This document shows, one piece after another, positions 27,301-48,730 of a stretch of DNA of 64,000 bases (its first letter is position 1; every line of letters begins with the position of its first letter). The position numbers were made by a program, and so were the translations under genes. The notes beneath the pieces were generated by a model. The model did no database searches. It was not told the DNA's origin and worked only from the letters and a program-made list of their open reading frames with translations. Source of the DNA: Botryllus schlosseri (lineage: Eukaryota); the NCBI GenBank assembly GCA_051294905.1, contig CM119378.1, positions 15,004,001 to 15,068,000 of the forward strand, given 5' to 3'.

Positions 27301-28384
27301 GAACTGCTCTGAAACTAATATTCCAAGAATAAAATATGAAGCGCCATCGAACTAAAAACCGAGTAGACTAAAACGCCGAGTACGACGTATCAGGCAATAA
27401 CCAAGCGATTGATATTTTATGTTTAGCCAACAACGATGAATTTAATGGCCTTTGACCCCAGCGCCAGGGCGTGTCTACTTTACTGTAGTTGTAATTTCCT
27501 CAGACGTTACTAAATGGGTATTATTTACAAAATCACCGAAAATCAAACCTAAATGATACGATAATGGCTGATGAAGATACATCCCGATACATAGAGCTTT
27601 GATTAGTTCTTGTGGCTCACGACAATTTATATCTGCCATCAATTAATGGTGATTTATCGTAGCATGGCAATTTACAACGTTGTAAATTGCTATGATCGTA
27701 GTCTTCGAGCAGAGTTTTCGAGTACATTCACCTCGTAAACCGACACATGCTTCTCCAATGGAGAATCTCCATCTTATTATCGCAGTCTCCAAGCTAATGC
27801 AAAGTTTTCGAGTACGTTCACCTCGTATGCTTCTCAAAAAATGGAGGATCTACATCTTGAATAGAGCTGATCGGTGCCGCCATCGAGTTTGAAGGTTTCT
27901 GTACCACCTGCTATTGCTGAGGGCTAGTTTACCCGGAACTATGCTTCGGCGCCAAATAACCCTGCTGCTTTTTCTCGCTCATTTTATGTACTCTCTATTC
28001 TTGTTGCTCAGCCGCACAGCTTGCAAAATGGATCCCCCTACCTGTCAGCTGTTCTCTTATTACAGAAAAGTAAAGAGGTTCGAAATACAACACTGACTAC
28101 AATGAAGCATCAGCAACTCGACAAGATCCCTAAATACCCTCTTTGCACCACATCCAACAAATTAGCGTAGTACAAGAATGTAATATTTCCGCAGCAGTTA
28201 AACACAAGCGGCAATGGCACGACTGAACAAGATGCTGCAAGGCTTTTGGAAAATAGTGGTTTAGAAGAAGTTTTCGAAAAGCGAATAAGGTTTTCAATGA
28301 AATCAACTTCCAAAAATACACATATATGGATGCAAGTGTAAACATTTTGAAATCACCAACGTGTAATTCAATCACATGCAACGA

Positions 28385-28838
28385 CAGAGGTGGTCAGAGC
28401 AAGTAGCTGCTGTAGTATAAGTAAGGTCATGGATTTCTACTCTACAAGTAGAAGCAATTTCCTAGATACGTCTGTTATGTAGTTTGGTAGATTAGAGAAG
28501 TATGTGATTGGTCCAAATTGAAAGATGCAACTGCTCGAGAGAGTAACACAAATCGCCTTATGCAACTACAAAGTGGTGCACTTTTCGAGATAATATTCAG
28601 TTACCGTGATGCAGGACCTATTTTGCTCAGTCATTGTGATAATTTCACGGGTAAAAATGATGCAAACCTGATCGAAAAACGACTTCTTACTTAACAAAAT
28701 ACAAAGTGGAAATGTATGTGGTTTTGTTTCAAAACATGTTAAAAGCGGAGCTAGTATGAAAACTTAGCACTCAAGTAGTGCAAGCAGAGTAAGACTACCC
28801 AATTACTCTGAAAAAGTAGTCGGTAGTGACCACCTCCG
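28385..28838. mobile_element. hAT-type MITE, CAGAGGTGGTCA family (degenerate)
   Basis: TIRs CAGAGGTGGTCA/TGACCACCTCCG and AAGTAG-rich subterminal repeats as in 42977-44275; TSD poorly preserved. Confidence 0.65.
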
Positions 28839-29540
28839 TGCGATGGTGTGTATTAGTGAAGTTGTAAGTAAAGCAAGTAAGTAATTCCCCGGTACAGGTT
28901 ACCTAATTTTGAACAAGCCACAGAGCAAATTAATTCGGTATGCCACTGAAAGTACGCTAAGCTGCTTCGGCAGCGGTTGTCTGAGGTGTAACACTAGTGA
29001 GAGAAGGCGTCCCAGCGCTGTGTATCCCGAGCGTCTTCGAATACCAGTCGGATTTCAGACGGACTGGCTTTTTTCGTCCTGTAGATGTAAAAACACGAGT
29101 TAAATCCGGCCTGGAGAGCTGGCAATCTGCATGAAACACCCGTCTTCATACGCATATCTGTTAGCCACACGTAGTAGCGCAGTAGGGTTTATTGCGGTAA
29201 GTTGAGTAGCCGACAATGTTATTCAAGCGTTAATTTCAAACTCAGGTCATTGAAACCGATGCACTTCATAGTTAAATTTTGATAACTTAAAGAACCAATC
29301 GAACGTGATCCGTGCCAGTGCTGCCTGACTGCTTAAGTGCTTATTCACCACAAATTGACCAAGATAATTCCAAAATTCAACATTGCAACGATCCAATAAT
29401 AACAGCAAGAGCAGATTAACATAGTGAGGAATAATCCACATTCAGCTAACCACAAATCATTTTAGCGATAGACACTGAATTTTCGCAAATATATTCAGGT
29501 ATCGCGATGTGGAGCTTTTTCGACCAGTTGTTATGATAGT

Positions 29541-29696
29541 TTCTTGGAGGTACAGGACTTCAATATACAATTGAATAGTACATTCATATTGATAGACAAT
29601 GCTCTTTCCGATTCTCACTAGTTGCTGACGATCACCCCTGACAAGTGCCAGTCAAAAATATTCAGGTTCATGTCAATATGAGTATATATACTATTC
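29541..29696. mobile_element. Penelope-like remnant: inverted pair of 3' end fragments
   Basis: 29541-29592 matches the tailed 3' terminus (minus strand) and 29593-29696 matches the tailless 3' UTR (plus strand) of the element at 47125-48758. Confidence 0.75.
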
Positions 29697-29873
29697 GAAA
29701 AGTACTTTTTCGTACGATCAGGTCATAATATCAAAAATCTGAAAAGCATACCCAAGAACAATCCAGAGTAGATAGTCGAGTTATAAAAAGTCTCCAGGTC
29801 ATGTATCGAGTACCTGCAAACATTACAAACAGCGTCAGTCAGGTCCCGTGAGACCGCACGCAACGTCGCAATC

Positions 29874-39513
<9,640 letters not shown>

Positions 39514-39934
39514 CTTCACAGCAGCTCCAACTCCAATGGTAACCGATAAGATTGTTACGGCCCGCGTAGAAAATAACAAGTCGACCTCGCCTCTCCGGTC
39601 AAATCGAACACTAACTTCCATAAAGATTATTGGACTGGACACTAGAGGGAACGACTGCGTTTTCGGGAAACACTAAACGGCGGACTGTGGCTGGCATGCA
39701 AAGCTAGGTAAATTTTGCAAGTTTTGTTGATTTTTCATATCTCAGAGGAAATAATCTTGCTAAAATCCAACCTTCCAAGCAAATTTGTAATTCAGACACA
39801 ATCCGAATACGTTAAAAATCGATGAAACCCTGCTCCTGCGGGCTGCTTCGGCTCCCTAACCGGAGCGGAGCCACTGATCGAGCCCATCCAATAAGTCGCT
39901 GCTGAAGAGATTCGGCGTCCTAAACATAGAAGAT

Positions 39935-41040
39935 ATGCGGAAACTAGAAATCGCCAAGTTTATGTATCAGTTTCACTGCGGTCGTTGCCCCGAATATTTC
40001 AATGACTTCTTTACCTCTGAATCAAAAGCGCACAAGTACAACACACGCGCGTCCACGTCGTCCAAATATCATATGATCGACCGAAAAGATCATCGCTCCA
40101 TCAAATATGCCGGACCTGATGTGTGGAACAGTATCCCGCCGGCCATCCGTCAGTCGACGAGCATGTCCAGTTGTCCACATTCAAGTCGAAATACAAGCAA
40201 TTACTACTAAATAAATACAGTCCATCCTCAAGATTACCGGACCACGACTGACCTATCGATCTCGCTTCCCATGACATGCCGCCCTATTTCTTGTCGCATT
40301 CTTCTTCTATACTATCTTCTTTACTTTCATTCAGTGTGCATGCCTCCTCTTTACATCGCCTAGGCCAAGGTGGGTGTCAGATTCCATAGACTACTCCTTG
40401 TCGCTTCGACATCTTCCTGTCTTTTCATTGTATCGCATTTTTGTGGTGTATTGAACTGATAAAATTGCTAATAAACCAATGATGAGCTACATAGAAATTT
40501 TAATTGAAAAATGAAAAAAAAAAAAAATTTTTTCGGTCAATCCCATGAGATTGTCGAGTTGTCTTCAAAAACGATGCAATACAAATTTGACCCAATTCCA
40601 ACTTGTAGAAGCGGAGTTATTTGAGTTTTTCGTTGATAATTCTCGGATTATCCTTGATTGGTGGATAATCCGAGAATTAAAAATTTAAATAGGCTCTGCG
40701 GCGGCTTATACTTGTATGAACTGAACCAAATTTGCTGTGCAGCGTTTTTTAGGGTAACCTGACAATTTAATCAGTGAATAGCTGGAATTTTTGAACAACC
40801 CTATGAACATGCTCGACGACTGTCGGATACCCGGCGAGATTCTGCTCCACACTGCAGGTCTGGCATACTTGATAGATCGATGATCTTTTACGTCGACCAT
40901 ATGGTAGTTCGCAGACGTACACGCGCGTGTGTTGTAGGCCTACTTATGCACTTTTGATACCGAGGCAAAGAAGTTATTGACATTTTCGGGGCAGTGAACG
41001 CAGTGGAACTTATATCCATAAGCTTGCCAATTTATAGTTC
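39935..41040. mobile_element. Two CR1/L2-type LINE 3' fragments tail-to-tail (39935-40475 plus, 40804-41040 minus) separated by a MITE fragment
   Basis: ORF KLEIAKFMYQFH..HKYNTRAS..RSIKYAGPDVWNSIP and its inverted homologue; the intervening piece ends GAACAACCCTA and resembles the 4891 MITE family. Confidence 0.8.
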
Positions 41041-42470
41041 ACGCTTCACTCGCGCACGAGGAATGAAAAGGCAAACGGAGAGAGTAACAGCTCCCTTACT
41101 ATACTATTACTGCGCCCCTAAAAGCTGACTGGTACATTTTAATTGCGCTAAAATTCAACGTTTGAAATGCTACTTGGGGTGAAACTAGCGGGTCGCACAA
41201 ATATCTCAGGGGCCGCAGGTCAGACTGTTAACACCAATAGATATCAAGGTTATTAGTTCTTACTTGCAGAATTACGAATACACTTTAAAACACATAGTTT
41301 AACTAACTAAGCTATCTCAACAAAACTTGACCCTGAAAGACTCTAGACACGAACGTGTTTCCATTTGTGCGGGCTGGTCAAAAGCCAAGTCGTACGTCCA
41401 CTTCTAATTTAGTTCGGGCACTTTCGTGCTTGGCTGGGCTTGTGGAACTTTTAGCTTGCAAGCCTACTGTCTCGTCATACATGACATTGGGATGCAGCTA
41501 ATCCATCAAATAGGATAGAATCAAACCAAAAATATTTTTATAGCATTTTTTTAAATCCTTCACATTTTGCGCAATACTTGCGATAAAAGTTGTAGCAAAA
41601 TGTTACTTGAAAAATCAAAAAAGTTGCAATATAAATTCCTACAAACAGCTTGAAACATCATACTACATAAATTCTGAGTATTTAGGAAGCTTACGTAATC
41701 TGTAAAAAAGCTGCAAAAATTAGGCTCATAGGCTCCTCCTCCAATGTATCGTTAATTTTTCCATAGTAGCCTATTTACAAAAGAGCCCAGAGGAACAACC
41801 AGATGTAGTACGTAATCTGAGCTCCACAGTACAGATGCGAACATCAGAGGAAAACGATGCGTCCCATATAGAAATACCAAATCGGAATCGCTTGCTCAAG
41901 ACGATAGAAAATTTTCTGATAGGTTTGGGCGATTCTAATATTATTCCACTATACCGACAATCCTGATGGGAGGTCAAGAAATAACAGTATGCATCAAAGT
42001 GACTAATAACAATTGGCCAACCCAAGGATAGCCTACATCATCTTTTATGCCCTAAATTTTTCGAAATCACCCTCTCCGTTAAATCTGTCGGTCAATCTGA
42101 TCAAATGGACCGAGAAGAATAAATGTTTGATAGTAATATGTGAAACTAATAATATTAATGACGACAATCATTCGTGAATCTGAAAAGATTTTAGCTGCGT
42201 TTCGCATTACCATAACCAGTCAAATATCATGATTACTTGGTATTTCGGTGGGTATAATAGATATGTCCGGAATTCAATGAACACGGAGAGTTTCACATGG
42301 GTATTTGGCGTCCAGCTAGTTCATTACGACTATATGCCCTGGAAAGCGGCCGTAGGCTGCATGAGTAATCGAAATGCGGCCGTGAATAGCAAATGGGTTG
42401 ACCACCCCTGCCCTACCGTAATAAACATTATGACTTGGACTCGAAAACGAGGCTCAACACTACGAATCTG

Positions 42471-44524
42471 TAGGGTTCTGGTTTAAATCAGCTGAGGCTG
42501 ATTCAGGGTGATTTAAATCATTTTTTTCGGTTGATTTTTGATTTTAATTTCACCATTTTATTGACTATTTTGGTTTTTTCAAATTTTCTGCCGAGATGCT
42601 TGAATGTGGTTTATTATTGGACAATCATGTGCAATGCGCATTCTATATATAAACCGGAGATAGCATTTCGTCACCGGCACAAGTATAGTTCAGGTATTTG
42701 ACAGACAGACGGGAAAAGAGCAAAGAGCGGTGTTTTTGCTGCGGCATGCTGCTGCTATTTCCGAGGCACTGGTGAGATACTGAAAACGAAGCGCAATCCG
42801 GAGCCTCTATCGAAATATTCCCTCATCTATGATGCCTAAGCGTTTCAAAACTATTATGGATGGTCCCGATTTGACTCAACATGTTTACTCGCTACTAGAA
42901 CAGATCCATAATGATCCAACCGAGTAGCGACCCATCATTGCCACGCAGGTTAAACGTTTTCAGCTATCATAACCACCAGAGGTGGTCAAAGTAGTCAAGA
43001 AAGCTACTCAAGTAGAAGTAGAAGTAGCGACGAAAAAATCTACTCAAGTACAAGTAGAAGTACTTCTTTCATAAGCAACATAAAACTACTTGAAGTAGAA
43101 GTAGAATTGACCGACTTTAAAAGTACTCAAGTAAGTAAGTTGTTGTGAAAACGATTCTGATTGGATGGATTATAAAAAGGTGCAAATTGAGCTATGTGAT
43201 AGGTGACGAGCTTGATTCATATTGATGCATACCCGCAGGTATCGAATTTTCGATAGCATAAGCATTCGTCCACATCATGGGATGAAAATGATAGTATTAA
43301 TAAGGAAACGCGATACTAATCCTCTGTTTTCTGGAACATCACGTATTAGAAAATAGCATAGTATAGCGCCAGCCCCCATATTATAAGGCCCGTAGTTTAG
43401 TCGAAGAGCAATATGGAGAAGTTGTATAGGATACGGTGTAAACACTTTGCGCTATTAGTATAAACGTTAATAAAAAATATAGTGAACCGTAAAATGCCAT
43501 ATTGTGTAGCTTTATTTCCAGAAATTAAAGGCATTACTGCACTTGCTTTTATACTTCAACATGTATGTTATGCGGACAAAAGAACTGATATTAATTATAA
43601 CTCAAAGTATATGATACAGGGAATTGAAAGTGAAATATAAAGACTACTTCTAAAAGCAGAATATGTATTTCATGTTTTTAGTCCAGAAAGTTTCAAAGGT
43701 GCTATGCTAAAACAGCTCTAAAACTAAAAAAAGAAAGTCAAAGTACACTCTTCCAGATTAGGTCACACCAGGGACATATATGCTAGATTACGATATGACA
43801 AGAAAATGCTAGATTGCGAAACATCATTTTCAAACGTTATGATGAGCCATATATACTTTGATTAATTATTTCATATGGGCGAAGGGCGACAATGTGGTGT
43901 GAACGGAACCACGCCAACCTTCCACCTAAATTATATTCACCGATACTTTCGTGAAATCATACTGGTCACTCCGTATTCACTGCGCGCGAAGCGCGACGAA
44001 AATTCTGTGCTTTACTAAACTTTTATAAAATTTGAATGTTAATACTCCGTGAAAACAGCTCCGAAATTCCTCAGGCTATCTTCCTGATTGGAAGATTGAA
44101 CTACTTCTACTTGACAAACTGAAAATAGCGAAAAGTAAGTAAGTAGATCACCAAATATTAAGAAGTAGGAGTAGAAGTAGCGAAAATCAGATCTACTTGA
44201 GTAAGTACCCGAAGTAGAGGAAAACTACCTGAGTACTTCGAAAAAGTAGAAGTACTTCGTTACTGACCACCTCTGATAACCACATAGGTTAAACGCTTTC
44301 AGCTATGTGGATGATGATTCACAGTCCCACATTATTAAAATTTAAGGGTTATTCTTCACCACCTTGATTGACACGGTCGTCATTCATCTAATTTTCCTTT
44401 GTTCGTGTTGTTGTTATTATGAGTAAAATAATAACCAAAAAAATCAAAAAAATCATGATTTAAATTATTTATTCGATTAAAATCGATTTTAATCCGAGGC
44501 AAAATGATTTAAACCGGAACCCTA
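42471..44524. mobile_element. hAT-type non-autonomous element (outer shell of a nest)
   Basis: TIRs TAGGGTTCTGGTTTAAATC/GATTTAAACCGGAACCCTA; exact TSD CGAATCTG. Confidence 0.9.
42977..44275. mobile_element. hAT-type MITE (CAGAGGTGGTCA family) nested in 42471-44524
   Basis: Perfect 12-bp TIRs CAGAGGTGGTCA/TGACCACCTCTG; exact TSD ATAACCAC; AAGTAG subterminal repeats. Confidence 0.93.
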
Positions 44525-45843
44525 CGAATCTGACTCGACCTTTTGCACCCTGTCTTCGACTCGGACTTGACTCGGTGGCGAATTGAAAAAGACTCGACTT
44601 GACTCGAGTCAAAACGATAAATTTAAAATGGAATTGTGCCTCGGAACCTTGCGACTTGATTACAACCCTGCTTACCCTTCTACTGTACATATTTATGGGC
44701 AGACCTACTATTTTTTACACTTTGGATTTTGAAAAATAGAAAGTATATAGTTTCAGGATGTTTCCTCCACGATTATGCGTGAAGTCATAGCGATTGTGCG
44801 AGGTAGCCCTGTAAGACGGTTACTGAATTTATTTACGTAAACTGCACCAATTTGTAGGCGCCTTATATAGTCATTCTCTGTTAGTCGCGATGAGACACCA
44901 TGCTGCAACTTTTTATAAAGCCACCTTTGATCAACTAGCCTACTGGACGTATGCGACATTTCGGAAAAATTACATATACTTGAATAGTTTTCAGATCTTT
45001 ATTTACTACCTCTACTTGAGCAGTTTTGGCATGTTTTTTTAGAATCGCTGCTTATTCTGCTCTGTAATTGAGTAAAAATCTACAGCGCTACTTCTACTTC
45101 TGCTTGAGTGCCAACAAGGACTACGTTGACCACATCTGCTTGCTGGAATTGTGATGATTGTGATCGAAATTATTCCTGTCGTAAATAACCCCGTCCGCTA
45201 CCATTTCATAATCATAATCAAATCAAATCGAATCGAATGATGTGCTAGGTAGGGGAGATGTGGTACCGATGGATCAAAAATTACAAAATGATCTCTGTCC
45301 CCCAAATGTTCCGCCGATAATATCAGTTCTTTTGCTGGCTCAACGCTTTGATCCAAGCTCTGCCTACCACGGATATATCCATGAATATCCGCCTTCACAA
45401 AAATATTTATGAACGTTTAAAATTTGTTGATCGGACGTATCATCGGTCCCCGCCGGGTGGGCCCAAAGGAACACGACCCGCGCGGGAACCTTTGAGACAT
45501 ACGCTCAAAAACTCATAGATGTTCTAACTTTTCTTGCTGTGCACTATAATCTAACCTACAGCAAGTTAAAGAAGAATGTTGAGTCGCCACCTTAGAAAAT
45601 TAGAATAAAAATTAACTCACACGTTGGCAGAAAAGGACGTTTCGATTTAGGTTCGAACTTAGTCATTGGAGGGTACATATATATATTGCCCGTAAATAAA
45701 CATTTTGACTTCCAAATAGCTCGTTATAGCGATAAAATACCACAAGTCATTACGAAATACAGTCTCTCTGTGTGTAAGTGTAGACGTGTTTCTGTTGTAG
45801 CATGAATAGTTAATCCACCTATTTTGCTTTGATTTGGCTATGT

Positions 45844-46273
45844 TAGGCTTACCATACGTCCTCTTTTAAGAAGATTTGTCCTCTTTTTTGACTTTTTTGA
45901 AAGTGTCCTCGGAGGACGCCCTTTTGTCCTCTTTTTTGAGATTTTGTCCTCTTTTTTGAAAGTTTAGGTCAAATTTAGAGCAAATTGCGAGTGATATTCC
46001 GCAAATTAGCACAGAAGTGAAGCTCCGGCGGGTATTTCGGAGTGAAAAACGGCGATTGATGACTTTTTTTTTTTTTTTTTTAGTCATCCACCTGACAATG
46101 TGGACAGAAAAACGGTATTTTGAGCACTGAGCGGGAAAGATGACTTTTTTTTAGTCAACCGATCACAAAGTGGGAAAAATTCACCGGTTTTTGAGAATTC
46201 TACTCCGGTTTTGCAAGTTGCAAATTTCTGAAAAAGTGTCCTCTTTTTAGATTTCCAAAATATGGTAAGCCTA
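45844..46273. mobile_element. hAT-type MITE, 430 bp
   Basis: TIRs TAGGCTTACCAT/ATGGTAAGCCTA; exact TSD GGCTATGT; GTCCTCTTTT subterminal repeats. Confidence 0.92.
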
Positions 46274-47320
46274 GGCTATGTTATCACCAGTCCCCACGCT
46301 ATAAATTTTGTAATTAAATTGGAAAAAGTCCATTCAATGATGATATCGAATAACAATAATCTATATATGTTTCGTCATATAGCCTGATACAAGCCCTCTT
46401 CTGATCATCATTGGTTTATTAGCAATTTTATCAGTTCAATACACCACAAAAAATGCGATACAATGAAAAATTATTGTTGGTTTATTCGTGTTAAAGGTTA
46501 CAAATAAAAATGCATACGTCGATCGAAATTTATTTGGTACCCCTAAAAACAGAAAACATCTTTTACAGACCCAATAACTCGCGTAGGTCAAAGTTATTTG
46601 CATGTGTGGAGCAATTCCGCAAGCGTGCAGTAGTAAACGAAGTCACGGAGTGTAATCACGGTGTTATCATAGAAAAAATTTCAAGTATTTTCGGTCCCAG
46701 TGTGTCATCGCTACCACATCTCCCCTGTTTTTAATACGAGGCAGTAATTTACTGAGCACAGCCGCACGTCGGCTTCAACATTCAACATATTCACTTGATT
46801 CAGGATTGGCCAAAATCGAGTACCTGCGTAATTCGATTCCCAGTCGAGTCGAGAATTGGAATTCTACCTATACTATGACGCCGTAATGGTAACAATGATC
46901 GACCTGCGGAGTTCAAACAATGTATCTTTCAGCGTCCGCAAGGAAAACAAGGCCAGCAGTAGCCACATGATGTCAAAAATCATTTTGCAGTTTTGATAAT
47001 ATTGTTCATAGTGCTTTGTAACAAAGCTGAGGTTCGACCACTACTTCCCAGAATTGTCGTTTTTGCGAACAGGCAACGGGCATGAGACATGTAGAGTATT
47101 TTACATTCTACATAGCACACTGAAGAGCTTCTTGGAGGTACAGAACTTCAATATACAATTAAATAGTATATTCATATTGAAATGAACCCGAATATTTTCG
47201 GCTGACACTCGTCAGGGGTAATCGTCAGCAACTAGTAGAGAATTGGAAAGAACATTGTATATCAACAATCGTATCACAAAATATGACGTCACCAGCATGA
47301 AATTTCGAATGAGAGAGCGT

Positions 47321-47935
47321 TCAATGTACTATTTTTAGGTGATACACGAACTCCTTTTGTTGACAGAGTTTTGGTTGGTGTATTTTGATAAAAGTTGATT
47401 CCAAGGCACACAAATGGAATTGTGAACGGCCTCGACCTACGATTCGAAATCGGTCGTCTCGATAATTATTCGCACAAATCGGATTATCCAACAGATGTTT
47501 GCCGATGGCAGAATTAATTGCCTTTGATCGATCCGCATCAATCTTAAGTGGATGAGTTAAGGGTGAGCTTTTCACATCGCGTGACGCACGTGTTCTGATA
47601 AATCTGGGGACATGTTGGTTTATGCGGTCCTGCAGACGTCTTGACGTTCTTCCCACGTAGCCACAATCACAGTGGCACCTATATTCGTACACTACATTAC
47701 TTTGTTGAAGTGCAGGAAGGACGTCTTTGCGTGTTGAAGGGAGCAGTTGTGTTGTTGTAAAAATCACATTGGTTTTGACTGTATCGTAACATTTACCGAC
47801 AGCAGAAATCAATTGTTTTTCAAAGCGGGTGGAAATGGGGCCAATCCAAGGTAGATGGATATAAACATCTTTTATTGTTCGTGCGGTGGGCTCTGTTCGT
47901 TTTTCTGCGTTGAATTGCGTTAATTTCCTCTCCAT
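47321..47935 (-). CDS. Mirror copy of the GIY-YIG ORF
   Basis: Translation identical to 47981-48595 in the ORF track. Confidence 0.9.
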   Translation of the reverse strand: MERKLTQFNAEKRTEPTARTIKDVYIHLPWIGPISTRFEKQLISAVGKCYDTVKTNVIFTTTQLLPSTRKDVLPALQQSNVVYEYRCHCDCGYVGRTSRRLQDRINQHVPRFIRTRASRDVKSSPLTHPLKIDADRSKAINSAIGKHLLDNPICANNYRDDRFRIVGRGRSQFHLCALESTFIKIHQPKLCQQKEFVYHLKIVH

Positions 47936-47980
47936 GCCGCGGCTGATGACGGTTACCCTGAACACGTCATCAGCCGCGGC

Positions 47981-48595
47981 ATGGAGAGGAAATTAACGCA
48001 ATTCAACGCAGAAAAACGAACAGAGCCCACCGCACGAACAATAAAAGATGTTTATATCCATCTACCTTGGATTGGCCCCATTTCCACCCGCTTTGAAAAA
48101 CAATTGATTTCTGCTGTCGGTAAATGTTACGATACAGTCAAAACCAATGTGATTTTTACAACAACACAACTGCTCCCTTCAACACGCAAAGACGTCCTTC
48201 CTGCACTTCAACAAAGTAATGTAGTGTACGAATATAGGTGCCACTGTGATTGTGGCTACGTGGGAAGAACGTCAAGACGTCTGCAGGACCGCATAAACCA
48301 ACATGTCCCCAGATTTATCAGAACACGTGCGTCACGCGATGTGAAAAGCTCACCCTTAACTCATCCACTTAAGATTGATGCGGATCGATCAAAGGCAATT
48401 AATTCTGCCATCGGCAAACATCTGTTGGATAATCCGATTTGTGCGAATAATTATCGAGACGACCGATTTCGAATCGTAGGTCGAGGCCGTTCACAATTCC
48501 ATTTGTGTGCCTTGGAATCAACTTTTATCAAAATACACCAACCAAAACTCTGTCAACAAAAGGAGTTCGTGTATCACCTAAAAATAGTACATTGA
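47981..48595 (+). CDS. GIY-YIG endonuclease domain of a Penelope-like element (no RT), 204 aa
   Basis: SNVVYEYRCHCDCGYVGRTSRRLQDRINQH...AIGKHL...LCALESTFIKIHQPKLCQQKE shows the GIY-YIG motif with the CCHH residues typical of PLEs; upstream in-frame DGYPEHVI and LPWIG are also PLE-like. Confidence 0.9.
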   Translation: MERKLTQFNAEKRTEPTARTIKDVYIHLPWIGPISTRFEKQLISAVGKCYDTVKTNVIFTTTQLLPSTRKDVLPALQQSNVVYEYRCHCDCGYVGRTSRRLQDRINQHVPRFIRTRASRDVKSSPLTHPLKIDADRSKAINSAIGKHLLDNPICANNYRDDRFRIVGRGRSQFHLCALESTFIKIHQPKLCQQKEFVYHLKIVH

Positions 48596-48696
48596 ACGCT
48601 CTCTCATTCGAAATTTCATGCTGGTGACGTCATATTTTGTGATACGATTGTTGATATACAATGTTCTTTCCAATTCTCTACTAGTTGCTGACGATT

Positions 48697-48730
48697 ACCC
48701 CTGACGAGTGTCAGCCGAAAATATTCGGGT
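48697..48730 (+). ncRNA. Putative minimal hammerhead ribozyme motif in the PLE 3' UTR (mirror copy at 47186-47219, minus strand)
   Basis: ACCC-CTGACGA-GTGTCAGCC-GAAA-ATAT-TC-GGGT: CUGANGA and GAAA core, palindromic ATAT in the helix III position, UC cleavage dinucleotide and a 4-bp helix I (ACCC/GGGT). Helix II is weak. Confidence 0.45.
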
